A DNA stretch of 43,213 nucleotides from Sphingomonadaceae bacterium (GTDB lineage: Bacteria > Pseudomonadota > Alphaproteobacteria > Sphingomonadales > Sphingomonadaceae): assembly GCA_016462305.1 (NCBI GenBank), contig JAEMTM010000002.1:1-43213 (forward strand). The letters are read 5' to 3'. The notes below the pieces were generated by a model that was not told where the DNA came from, searched no databases, and was given only the letters and a program-made list of their open reading frames with translations. Of the stretch, positions 18,512 through 27,493 are shown piece after piece. The position numbers were made by a program, and so were the translations under genes. Every line of letters begins with the position of its first letter. Position 1 is the first letter of the stretch.

Positions 18512-21046
18512 TTAGAAACGATATTTCGCACGAACCGTCCATTCCATAGGGCGGTTCAGATAGGAATAATTCGACAGGGCCGATTGCACATAGCTCTCGT
18601 TGAGACAATTTGTGCAATCAACCGACAATGTCCATGCCTTGTCCGGCGCATTCAGCGCTAGCCCGGCATTGAACAACCAGACTGGCTCACTTTGTGATCC
18701 AGCGACGAAAGCGCCTTTGCCGACAGGGTTGGCGGGGAACGGGCCAGTGACAGGCTGGTTTACTCCGGAAACCGGTGCATTGTAGATGCTGAGATTGGCA
18801 ATCGCGACTTCCTGCCGCGAATGAAACGCGCCATTTACCGATGGAACAAGCGTATACCCGCCACCCAGAGGGGCTTCATAGCTCGCACCCATTGAGATCG
18901 ACCATTTGGGGGTCCGCACAGGCGTTGCGATTGTTCCTTCCGCCGTCACAATGCCTGCGGCGCAGGCGGTGATGGAGGGTTGCGTTGCAGGCGTGTTCCG
19001 ACCGCCGGGAACCTTGCCCGCGGCTAACGCACCGCGGCACGAGGCCAGCTGGGCAGCGACTGACTGGATGCCGTAAACATCCGTCGCCGGAGCATTGCCT
19101 GGCACCAGATATTTGTCGTTCTGATAGCCGAAATTGGTGTAAATATTAAGCCCGTCGACGGGTACGAACTGAAGCTCGGCCTCGACCCCGCGATTGCGGT
19201 AATCGGCAAAATTGCGGCTAAGGAAAGTCAGCGCGCCAGTTGTGGGGTTGAGCAGCCCGGCGAGTATTTGAAGATCCGATACGTCGAGCTGGAACACGGT
19301 GAGGTTGGCGCGCACACGGCGGTCAAACAAGTCGGACTTGATACCTGCTTCATAACTCCACACTTTTTCGGGACCGAACGGTAATGCTTGCGAAGGGGCC
19401 GTTGCGCGGGCGTTCCAGCCACCCGATTTGAAGCCACGCGTTGCGCTGGCGAAGAACAGTAGGTCGTCATTGGGCTTGAAGTTCGCGGCAAAGCGCGGTG
19501 TCCATACTTTCACGCGCTGCTGCGTCGGAATCGGCTGTGCCGTCAAAACTGTTGTGCCGTTGGCGGGGACAAGAAGGTTGGCATTGTCCATACATGTCAG
19601 CTCAAGGGTGCCATCATTACATGACGCACGATTGTCGTTAAAGCGCAGCACCTTCTTTTCATCGGTATAGCGGATCCCGGCGGTCAGCTTGAACTGCTCC
19701 GACAGATTGAGATCGGCCTGCAAATATCCTGCATAAGCGCTAGTGGTGTTGCGTAAAATGCGGTCACCGAGCAGCAATGTTGTGGTGGGTGACAGCGTAA
19801 AGAGGTCAGCCAAATCGGTCTTGTTGCGCTCGTCGATATAATAGAGTCCCCCGACATAATCGATGAGACCATTGCCAAGCGTGCCGTTCAACTTGATTTC
19901 CTGAGTGAATTGGCTGTGTTTTCCATCGTTGGCGATGGTGAAGCCGCCACGTGCATAGCCGCGCACCGCAGGAAAAGGCGCGGATATGCTTGGACCGCCC
20001 CGGCCGTCAAAAAAGTCATAAGCGAACTGCTGAGTCAGGCTGACATAGCCGGTAATCAGGCTAAGCGTCGTATTCTCGCCGATATCGAACTGCAGATTGG
20101 AGGTGATGATGTCGCTGACGGCTTCCTGCCCCAGTCCGTAATTCGCTTTCCTGCCGGTTACGACGACAGGCGCATAAGGCGAGGGGGGACCGCCATTTTT
20201 ACTAAGACCGGTACTGATGAATCGGCCTTTGCAGTCCGCAGGATTGGCCGGGTTGCATTCGAAATTCAGGATATTGTCGCCTTTGGAGACAATGTGCATA
20301 TATCCTGCATTCCAGCGTGCCCAAGGCGCAAGCTCGCTTCGCACACCCAAGCGGACACCCCAACCGTCGTCGTCATTTAGTCGCTCGCCAGTGGTGACGT
20401 TTTTCGCATAGCCGCGATCATTCTGCCAATAACCGCTAAGTTTGATTGCAAAGCTGTCAGCGAGCGGCAGGTCGATCGACCCGCGCGCGATGGTTTTGTG
20501 GAAGCGGCCATAGCCGATCTCGCCAAAGCCGCTGATTATATTGCCGGGCTTGGCCATAATCACGTTGATTGCACCACCGGTGGTGTTGCGCCCAAATAGC
20601 GTGCCCTGCGGTCCTCTAAGAACCTCGACTCTCTCCACATCGAAAAGCGAAAGATTATTCGCATTTTGCCGCGAAAGGTAAATGTCGTCGACATAGGTGC
20701 CGACAGGCGGGTCGAAGGTCGCAATGGTTTCAGTCGAGCCCAGCCCGCGCAGGAAATACGCATTTGCAGAACCGATACCGGTATTATTTTGCGCCACTAG
20801 GTTGGGAACGTACTGCCCGATTTGCAAAGTGTTCGTTATACCCTGCGCTTCCATTTGTTCGGCCGAGAACGCCGATATCGCAATGGGAACGTCCTGTACA
20901 TTTTCATCCCGCCGCTGCGCGGTGACGACGATTTCCGCAATGCCGCCTTGCTCGGCAGTCGCCTCATTATCCTGCGCCGCGGCCACAGGCATGATGACAA
21001 AACTCGACATAACGCTGGTCGCCAAAAGCAATTTCCGAATCATCAC
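18512..21046 (-). CDS. TonB-dependent receptor 1
   Basis: Signal peptide, EIVVTAQRR, VEVLRGPQGTLFGRNTTGGAIN plug motif, C-terminal Phe (AKYRF). Confidence 0.95.
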   Translation of the reverse strand: MMIRKLLLATSVMSSFVIMPVAAAQDNEATAEQGGIAEIVVTAQRRDENVQDVPIAISAFSAEQMEAQGITNTLQIGQYVPNLVAQNNTGIGSANAYFLRGLGSTETIATFDPPVGTYVDDIYLSRQNANNLSLFDVERVEVLRGPQGTLFGRNTTGGAINVIMAKPGNIISGFGEIGYGRFHKTIARGSIDLPLADSFAIKLSGYWQNDRGYAKNVTTGERLNDDDGWGVRLGVRSELAPWARWNAGYMHIVSKGDNILNFECNPANPADCKGRFISTGLSKNGGPPSPYAPVVVTGRKANYGLGQEAVSDIITSNLQFDIGENTTLSLITGYVSLTQQFAYDFFDGRGGPSISAPFPAVRGYARGGFTIANDGKHSQFTQEIKLNGTLGNGLIDYVGGLYYIDERNKTDLADLFTLSPTTTLLLGDRILRNTTSAYAGYLQADLNLSEQFKLTAGIRYTDEKKVLRFNDNRASCNDGTLELTCMDNANLLVPANGTTVLTAQPIPTQQRVKVWTPRFAANFKPNDDLLFFASATRGFKSGGWNARATAPSQALPFGPEKVWSYEAGIKSDLFDRRVRANLTVFQLDVSDLQILAGLLNPTTGALTFLSRNFADYRNRGVEAELQFVPVDGLNIYTNFGYQNDKYLVPGNAPATDVYGIQSVAAQLASCRGALAAGKVPGGRNTPATQPSITACAAGIVTAEGTIATPVRTPKWSISMGASYEAPLGGGYTLVPSVNGAFHSRQEVAIANLSIYNAPVSGVNQPVTGPFPANPVGKGAFVAGSQSEPVWLFNAGLALNAPDKAWTLSVDCTNCLNESYVQSALSNYSYLNRPMEWTVRAKYRF

Positions 21047-21124
21047 AATTCTCCCAAAATTGTCATCGCTGCGGCTCGTTTTGCGCTTCAGCGATAGTTC
21101 TTGCTCTCATTCCACTTTTATGAT

Positions 21125-21163
21125 TTGTCCGGACAACTTTCATTTTTATTGCAGCGCTGTCAA
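21125..21163 (-). promoter_or_regulatory. Operator box 2 (TTGTCCGGACAA, 21125-21136) with a consensus -35 TTGACA (21158-21163, minus strand) facing TBDR1
   Basis: Exact palindrome in the divergent intergenic region. The -10 element is weak (AAAGTT-like) and abuts the box. Confidence 0.78.
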
Positions 21164-21188
21164 GCGGCTTTGATGGAGACATAATGCA

Positions 21189-21869
21189 ATGCAGCTTGCA
21201 GACCTGATTTATCCCACTCTCGTCTATCTGCATCTGCTGCTGTTCGTGCTGTGGCTTGGCGCGGATGTCGGTGTATTCCTTTTGGGCCAGCACTTTCGTA
21301 AGCGCAGCCTCTACACCCTCGACCAACGGATAGCGCTGTTGAAGCTGCTGGTGATCGTCGACCTGACCCCACGCGCGGCCTGGGCCCTCATGGTGCCTTT
21401 GTCGCTGACGGTATCCTATATCGGCGCTTGGTGGGATTTGTCGTTGGCAATTGTCATCGCTGGTTGGGCGATTGCGGCATTCTGGCTTTGGCTGGTGTTC
21501 GATGCCCATGTCCACGACATGACGCCGCGCGCAGCGCAGCGGCGCAGGTGGGAGGGATATTTGCGGTACGCGCTGGCGGCAGCTTATTTGTGGCTCGGGC
21601 TGGAGTCGGTGCTGACTGGCCATCCAATCGCGGTGGACTGGCTTGCTTGGAAAGCGCTGTTGTTCGGTCTGATCTTCGTTGCAGCGATTATGATCGACGT
21701 CAGTTTCAAGCCGGTAGGCGGCTTGCTCGGGAAACTCCTTGCCGAAGGTTCAACCGACGAAACTGAATTGCCATTACTACGGGTCATGAACCGTACGCGT
21801 ATTTGGGTGTGGTGCGTGTATCTGTTGCTTCTGGTGACAGCGTGGCTGGGTGTGGTGAAGCCCAGCTAA
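21189..21869 (+). CDS. Multi-pass membrane protein of unknown function
   Basis: About 6 hydrophobic helices; LHLLLFVLWLGADVGVF and C-terminal LGVVKP. Confidence 0.8.
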   Translation: MQLADLIYPTLVYLHLLLFVLWLGADVGVFLLGQHFRKRSLYTLDQRIALLKLLVIVDLTPRAAWALMVPLSLTVSYIGAWWDLSLAIVIAGWAIAAFWLWLVFDAHVHDMTPRAAQRRRWEGYLRYALAAAYLWLGLESVLTGHPIAVDWLAWKALLFGLIFVAAIMIDVSFKPVGGLLGKLLAEGSTDETELPLLRVMNRTRIWVWCVYLLLLVTAWLGVVKPS

Positions 21870-21879
21870 CATTTTTTGC

Positions 21880-21903
21880 TTGACTAAAAAGTTGTCCGGA
21901 CAA
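21880..21903 (+). promoter_or_regulatory. -35 (TTGACT, 21880-21885) with operator box 3 (TTGTCCGGACAA, 21892-21903) in the promoter spacer
   Basis: Read directly. Typical repressor placement upstream of the long plus-strand CoA operon. Confidence 0.8.
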
Positions 21904-21944
21904 ATTGTGTGGCCAAACATTCTGCGGGAGCATATCAGGCGGCC

Positions 21945-22763
21945 ATGCACGCTTTTACTAATTTCCTTTTCGTGCCCGGCAACCGGCCGGAACGCTTCGC
22001 CAAGGCATTGGCAAGCCGCGCCGATCTGGTGTGCATCGACCTTGAAGATTCAGTGCCGGACGATGAAAAGCAGCAGGCGCGTGATACCGCCCTGCAGGCC
22101 ATCGCCGCGCATAAAGAGGGTCGCATAGCATTGCGGATCAACGGTATGCGGACCGCAGCGGGGCTTTCGGACGCGCTTGCCGTTGCACGTTCGGCAAAGC
22201 CCGCATGCCTATTCATCCCGATGGTTGAATGTGCGACTGAAATAGAAATCATCCGCAGCATCGTGGGCGATGAAATGGGAATCATACCATTGATAGAGTC
22301 CGTTCGCGGGCTTCAGGCTTCAGACAAGATTGCGCAATCGCCCGGGGTTGTCGCCTTGATGTTTGGCGGCGGCGACTTTGCCGGCGAGCTTGGTGTCGAA
22401 TTGGCATGGGAGCCGTTGCTCCATGCACGCAGCGAAATTGTCATGGCGTCAGCGTCTGCCAAAATCCGCGCCATTGATGTACCTTATATCGACATCGAAA
22501 ATGACGCAGGGCTCGCGGAAGAATGCGCGAGAGCCAAAATGTTGGGCTTCCACGCCAAAGCGGCAATTCATCCGCGCCAGATAGAAACTATATTTTCCTC
22601 GATGCGTCCAAGCGCTGCCGAGTTGGCCGAGGCGCGCGATGCCATCGCCGCATTTGACGCGGGCGGAGGGGCTGCTATCCGGTTTCGGGGCAAAATGCTC
22701 GAAGCACCGCTCATTCGCCGCTACCGACAATTACTGTCTTTGGGAGAAACACATAATGCGTGA
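21945..22763 (+). CDS. CitE/HpcH-family acyl-CoA lyase (citryl/malyl-CoA lyase-like)
   Basis: FLFVPGNRPERF, DLEDSV, ALRING, PLIES, FGGGDF, KAAIHPRQ. Confidence 0.92.
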   Translation: MHAFTNFLFVPGNRPERFAKALASRADLVCIDLEDSVPDDEKQQARDTALQAIAAHKEGRIALRINGMRTAAGLSDALAVARSAKPACLFIPMVECATEIEIIRSIVGDEMGIIPLIESVRGLQASDKIAQSPGVVALMFGGGDFAGELGVELAWEPLLHARSEIVMASASAKIRAIDVPYIDIENDAGLAEECARAKMLGFHAKAAIHPRQIETIFSSMRPSAAELAEARDAIAAFDAGGGAAIRFRGKMLEAPLIRRYRQLLSLGETHNA

Positions 22764-23265
22764 CAGCGTCATCGAAATCGCCCCCGGGCGGTTCCGCGAG
22801 GTGCAGGGGCGCTACTTCGAGGACTTCGAGGTGGGCCATATCTACGAGCACCGGCCCGGGCGGACGATTACCGACGCGGACAATGTGTGGTTCACCCTGC
22901 TCACGATGAACACTCACCCAGCGCATTTTGATTATGAATTTTCCAAGAAAACCGAATTCGGGAAGCCATTGGTGGTCAGTCCGCTGACGATCGCATTGAT
23001 GACGGGGATGAGCGTTTCCGACACGAGCGGCAAGGCGATCGCCAATCTTGGCTGGGACGAAGTGCGGATGACTCACCCGCTGTTCGTTGGTGACACGCTC
23101 TATGCCGAGAGCGAAGTGCTGGAAAAACGCGAGAGTAAAAGCCGACCCGACCAGGGCATCGTAACGTTCAAGACGGTAGGCAAGAATCAGGACGGCGTGG
23201 TGGTAAGTCATTACAAGCGCACGGTGCTTGTCTGGAAGCGCGGCTGCGGCCCGGCAGACGATTGA
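22756..23265 (+). CDS. MaoC-family (hot-dog) acyl-CoA hydratase, mesaconyl-CoA-hydratase-like
   Basis: GRYFEDFEVG, GRTITDADN..FT..TMN.HP.H.D, ANLGW, GDTLYAESEV. GGGAGA RBS. Confidence 0.9.
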   Translation: MRDSVIEIAPGRFREVQGRYFEDFEVGHIYEHRPGRTITDADNVWFTLLTMNTHPAHFDYEFSKKTEFGKPLVVSPLTIALMTGMSVSDTSGKAIANLGWDEVRMTHPLFVGDTLYAESEVLEKRESKSRPDQGIVTFKTVGKNQDGVVVSHYKRTVLVWKRGCGPADD

Positions 23266-23276
23266 GGAGAATGTAA

Positions 23277-24455
23277 ATGGCCACAGCACCCAGCACTTTT
23301 CGTCCCCAGATGGACGCTGATGAGGAAGCAGCTCTGCTCGACGCCATCCAGAAATGGATCGACAAGGAAGTGCGCCCTGTCGTTCAAAAATATGACCATG
23401 ACGACGTTTGGCCCGAAGAAATCGTCAACCAGATGGTTGAGATGGGCTTGTTTGGTGCGACCATAGGTCAGGAATATGGCGGATTGGGTTTATCGGCGGT
23501 AACCTATGCCAAGATCGTCGCGTTGATCTCGTCTTACTGGATGGCGATTACCGGTATTTTCAACTCGCACCTGATCATGGCGTGCGCGGTGGAACGCTTC
23601 GGTACGCCAGCTCAAAAGGCGAAATGGTTGCCGAAATTTGCCAGCGGCGAAATCCGCGGTGGGCTGGCTTTGACTGAACCCAATGCAGGAACCGACCTGC
23701 AGGCGATCCGCATGGTAGCCGAACGCGAAGGCGATGATTATGTGATCAATGGCACGAAAACTTGGATTTCCAACGGCATCAAGGGCGGCTGTTTTGCGCT
23801 GCTGGTAAAAACCGACCCCAAAGCCGACCCGCGTTACAAGGGAATGAGCCTATTTATCGCACCGAAGCAAGAGGGTTTCACCACCGGCAAGAAGTTCAAA
23901 AAACTTGGCTATAATTGTATCGACAGCGCTGAACTGATCTTCGAGAACTACCGGATATCTGCCGACAACCTAATCGGTGGGGTCGAGGGGCAAGGCTTTT
24001 TTCAGGCCACAGGCGGGCTCGAGCTTGGCCGCATTAACGTGGCCGCACGCGGTGTAGGTCTGGCCGAAGGTGCGCTTCGCCTCGCAGGCGAATATGCGCA
24101 ATTGCGCGAAACGATGGGCAAGCCAATCTCGGAGCATCAGGCGATCCAGCTGAAAATCGGCGAAATGGTTACGCGCGCCCGCGCAGCGCGGCTGCTCACC
24201 TTCGATGCAGCCGAAGCCTATGATCGTGGCGATCGCTGCGACATGGAGGCAGGGATAGCGAAATTTTATGCTTCCGAGGCAGCCGTGGCCAACAGCCAGG
24301 ACGCCATGCGCGTTTTCGGCGGATACAGTTACTCCAAAGAATATGACATCGAACGCCTGTACCGCGATTCCATGCTGATGTGCATTGGCGAGGGCACCAA
24401 CGAGATGCAGCGCATCATCATTTCCAAGCAATGGATTAAGGCCAACCCTGCGTGA
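23277..24455 (+). CDS. Acyl-CoA dehydrogenase
   Basis: ALTEPNAGTD, INGTKTWISN, FGGYSY, IGEGTNEMQR. Confidence 0.95.
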   Translation: MATAPSTFRPQMDADEEAALLDAIQKWIDKEVRPVVQKYDHDDVWPEEIVNQMVEMGLFGATIGQEYGGLGLSAVTYAKIVALISSYWMAITGIFNSHLIMACAVERFGTPAQKAKWLPKFASGEIRGGLALTEPNAGTDLQAIRMVAEREGDDYVINGTKTWISNGIKGGCFALLVKTDPKADPRYKGMSLFIAPKQEGFTTGKKFKKLGYNCIDSAELIFENYRISADNLIGGVEGQGFFQATGGLELGRINVAARGVGLAEGALRLAGEYAQLRETMGKPISEHQAIQLKIGEMVTRARAARLLTFDAAEAYDRGDRCDMEAGIAKFYASEAAVANSQDAMRVFGGYSYSKEYDIERLYRDSMLMCIGEGTNEMQRIIISKQWIKANPA

Positions 24456-25645
24456 GCCAGCGCCTTCCACTCAAAGGCTTTCGCGTAATCAGCGCGGAGC
24501 AATATGGTGCAGGACCGTATGGCACCATGTTCCTGGCTCAGCTGGGCGCTGACGTTATCAAAATCGAGCCGCCAAAAGGTGGCGACTCCGCGCGCCATGT
24601 CGGCCCGCACTGGCTGCGCGAAGGTGAGAGTCTGTATTTCCAGAGCTTCAATCTTAACAAGCGTTCCCTGACGCTCGATCTCGGAACCGATGAGGGGCAG
24701 GAGGTTTTGCACCGGCTGGTTGCAGATGCGCATGTCGTTGCCAACAATCTGCGCGGCGATGTTCCCGCTAAAGTAGGACTTACATATGACGCTCTTAAGG
24801 CTGTAAACCCCGCGATCATCTGTGCGCATATTTCGGCATATGGTCGCGATAACATTCGTTCAAAGTGGCCTGGATATGATTATCTGATGCAGGCCGAAGC
24901 CGGGTTTTGCTGGCTTACCGGTGAACCGGACGGCCCGCCCGCCCGTTTCGGCCTGTCGATGGTGGATTTCATGACTGGCACGCAAATGGCCGTTGGTCTC
25001 CTCGCTGCTTTGCTTGACGCACAACGTACCGGCGAAGGCTGCGATGTCGATGTCGACCTGCTATCGGCTGCGCTGCATCAACTCAGCTATCCAGCAATCT
25101 GGTACATGAACAATGGTGATGTAACCACGCGCGCTCCCCATAGCGCACATCCTTCGGCAACGCCGAGCCAGATGTTTCGTGCCGCTGATGGCTGGATGTT
25201 CATAATGGCGCAACTGCCGAAATTCTGGTCGATCCTTGTCGACCGGATTGGCCATCTTGAACTTGGCGAGGATGTTCGCTATACCACGCCGCAATCCAGA
25301 CTGGAAAACCGCGCTGCGTTATCTGACGAATTGAACGCGATATTTTCGGAGCATCCCGTTCGCCATTGGCAGGCGTTGCTTGAGGGACATATGCCGATTG
25401 CGCCAGTCTATGCGATGGATCAGGCCCTCGATAATCCTTGGCTTGAAACAATTGCCATGCGCGATATCGTGGCGCACCCAGACATGCCCGAAATGCACGT
25501 GCTGTCCAGCCCCATCAAGCTAAATGGCCAAAGGTTGCCGAACAAGGCAGGACCGTTGCTCGGCCAGGATAGCGACGCGATTTTGGGCGAAGTTGGATAT
25601 GATGCCGTTGCCATCGCCAAGATGCGGGCCAATGGCGTAATTTGA
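24452..25645 (+). CDS. Family III CoA-transferase
   Basis: PLKGFRVI, GADVIKIE, NLNKRSLTLDL, SMVDFMTG. Confidence 0.93.
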   Translation: MSQRLPLKGFRVISAEQYGAGPYGTMFLAQLGADVIKIEPPKGGDSARHVGPHWLREGESLYFQSFNLNKRSLTLDLGTDEGQEVLHRLVADAHVVANNLRGDVPAKVGLTYDALKAVNPAIICAHISAYGRDNIRSKWPGYDYLMQAEAGFCWLTGEPDGPPARFGLSMVDFMTGTQMAVGLLAALLDAQRTGEGCDVDVDLLSAALHQLSYPAIWYMNNGDVTTRAPHSAHPSATPSQMFRAADGWMFIMAQLPKFWSILVDRIGHLELGEDVRYTTPQSRLENRAALSDELNAIFSEHPVRHWQALLEGHMPIAPVYAMDQALDNPWLETIAMRDIVAHPDMPEMHVLSSPIKLNGQRLPNKAGPLLGQDSDAILGEVGYDAVAIAKMRANGVI

Positions 25646-25648
25646 ACC

Positions 25649-26731
25649 GTGGGCAAGCTTTCCGACATTAAGGTAATTGACCTCTCAGTGTTCCTTCCCG
25701 GCCCGATGCTGACGATGATGATGGCGGATCAGGGAGCGGAGGTTATCAAGATTGAGACCGCGACCGGCGATCCTGCGCGGGAGCAGGCCCCGTTTGAAGC
25801 TGGCCAATCGGTGTGGTTCCGCAACCTCAATCGCGGTAAAAAGAGCGTAGTGCTGGATCTGAAAAGCGATGACGGCAAAGCTCGGCTTTGGGAATTAATC
25901 GAGCAGGCCGATGTGTTCGTTGAAGGTTTTCGGCCGGGCGTTATGCGCCGTCTCGGTTTTGACTATGCCGCAGTTTCGGCGCGCAATCCGCGTATGGTGT
26001 ATTGTTCGATTTCCGCCTTCGGCCAGACCGGCAATCTTGCACATCATCCGGCGCATGACATGGCGGTGCAGGCGATGGCAGGGTTCCTTTCGGTCAATGA
26101 TGGCGCCGATGGCATGCCAGTTGTGCCCGGCACGCCGTCTGCTGATATGGCAGCTGGCCTTACCGGATTATCCGCTGTGTTGATGGCGCTGATCGGGCGG
26201 GAGCGGACTGGCAAAGGCGACTATGTGGATTGCGCGATGTTCGACAGCTTACTCCCATGGTGCGCGCATGTCGCTGGCGCGGCCATATCAGGTGGCGGAG
26301 CGCCACGCTCAAGCGAACAGCGCTCGCTCGGCGGCGCGGCTTTTTATCAGGTTTATCGAACCGCCGACGGTAAGTATATCGTGCTTGGCGGGCGCGAACT
26401 GAAATTCGTCGCTAATCTGATGACGGCGCTAGAACGGCCTGACCTGATCGCGATTGCCGAACTGCCCGCCGGTAAGCAGGGCGAACTCATCCGATTTCTC
26501 AGCGCGACATTCCTAACCAAAACACGCGATGACTGGGTGAATTGGTTTGCTGACAAAGATGTCGCTTTTTCGCCGGTTCTCGATTTCCGCGAAGCGTTTG
26601 ACCAACCGCACATCGCCGAGCGTGAATTGTTCATCGAGCATGATGGCGGACACCAGATCGCGCCTGCTATCCGCTTTGCGGGCGAGAACTGGACGCCTAC
26701 CCAAGCGCCGGAACTCAATGCGGATGGCTGA
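25649..26731 (+). CDS. Family III CoA-transferase/racemase-like
   Basis: KVIDLS..LPGP, NRGKKSVVLDLK, EGFRPGVM, AHD, SADMAAG. Confidence 0.93.
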   Translation: MGKLSDIKVIDLSVFLPGPMLTMMMADQGAEVIKIETATGDPAREQAPFEAGQSVWFRNLNRGKKSVVLDLKSDDGKARLWELIEQADVFVEGFRPGVMRRLGFDYAAVSARNPRMVYCSISAFGQTGNLAHHPAHDMAVQAMAGFLSVNDGADGMPVVPGTPSADMAAGLTGLSAVLMALIGRERTGKGDYVDCAMFDSLLPWCAHVAGAAISGGGAPRSSEQRSLGGAAFYQVYRTADGKYIVLGGRELKFVANLMTALERPDLIAIAELPAGKQGELIRFLSATFLTKTRDDWVNWFADKDVAFSPVLDFREAFDQPHIAERELFIEHDGGHQIAPAIRFAGENWTPTQAPELNADG

Positions 26732-26735
26732 CCGT

Positions 26736-27461
26736 CTAGCCCTCGATATCGATGTGCATCGAATAGGCAAACCGGTCGCCGGGATGGTGGCTTGCCGAGA
26801 TTTCGAGTATGCGGTCGGCGGCATCATGATAGCAACGCAGGATGCGCAGCGTCGGCGCGCGTTTGGGGATGCCAAGCGCCTTGGCAACGTCCGCGCTGGC
26901 TGCGATCGCCTGAATATCCTGCGTGACCTTGATGAAATTGATCTTCGCAAGCCGTTCGATCTGCTTGAAAATAGTATCTTCGCCGGGGCTGATTTTTGTC
27001 GCAATATCGCGCAGGCTTTCGTGAACATAAGCAACAGTGTGCGCAAGCGGTTCGGTCGAGTCAGCGCGCGTGCGCAGGCCCTGAAACCGGTTCCATCTTC
27101 CGCCCGCGACAAGGCCAAGCTGCTCGGCAATATTGCGCGGCAACGGGCCTTCTCCCAAGGGATCGAAAACTGCGCGGGTATTGCGGGCATATTGAAGAAT
27201 TTCGGCGACATTGGACAATGGCTGATGCAGTGCGCCGCCGCGCGCGGCGGCTGGCTGAATGCTCGTTCCCGAACCGCGTTTGCGCGAAATCAGGCCTTCG
27301 GTTTGCAACGAACGCAGCGCCTCGCGCACTGTAAATCGCGACACGGCATAGCGTTTGCACAGGTCGCTTTCGGTCGGAAAGGCATCGGCCTTGTATGTTC
27401 CGCTGAGGATTTCCTCGCGCAGTTCGTCGGCCAATTCCTTGTAACGCGGCTTTGCGGCCAA
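26736..27461 (-). CDS. GntR-family (HutC/UTRA) transcriptional regulator
   Basis: wHTH FPTESDLCKRYAVSRFTVREAL...RGSGT plus a UTRA-like C-terminus. TTG start at 27461 after GGGGAGA. Confidence 0.92.
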   Translation of the reverse strand: MAAKPRYKELADELREEILSGTYKADAFPTESDLCKRYAVSRFTVREALRSLQTEGLISRKRGSGTSIQPAAARGGALHQPLSNVAEILQYARNTRAVFDPLGEGPLPRNIAEQLGLVAGGRWNRFQGLRTRADSTEPLAHTVAYVHESLRDIATKISPGEDTIFKQIERLAKINFIKVTQDIQAIAASADVAKALGIPKRAPTLRILRCYHDAADRILEISASHHPGDRFAYSMHIDIEG

Positions 27462-27493
27462 ATATCTTCTCCCCGTCGTGCGGCGATTACCGC

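Noticed and set aside
22775-22910. GC-rich patch at the start of maoC (81 of 120 bases G/C over 22781-22900 by my count), a possible recombined tract
   Set aside because: Too short, and partly explained by Gly/Arg/Pro codons; needs orthologue comparison.
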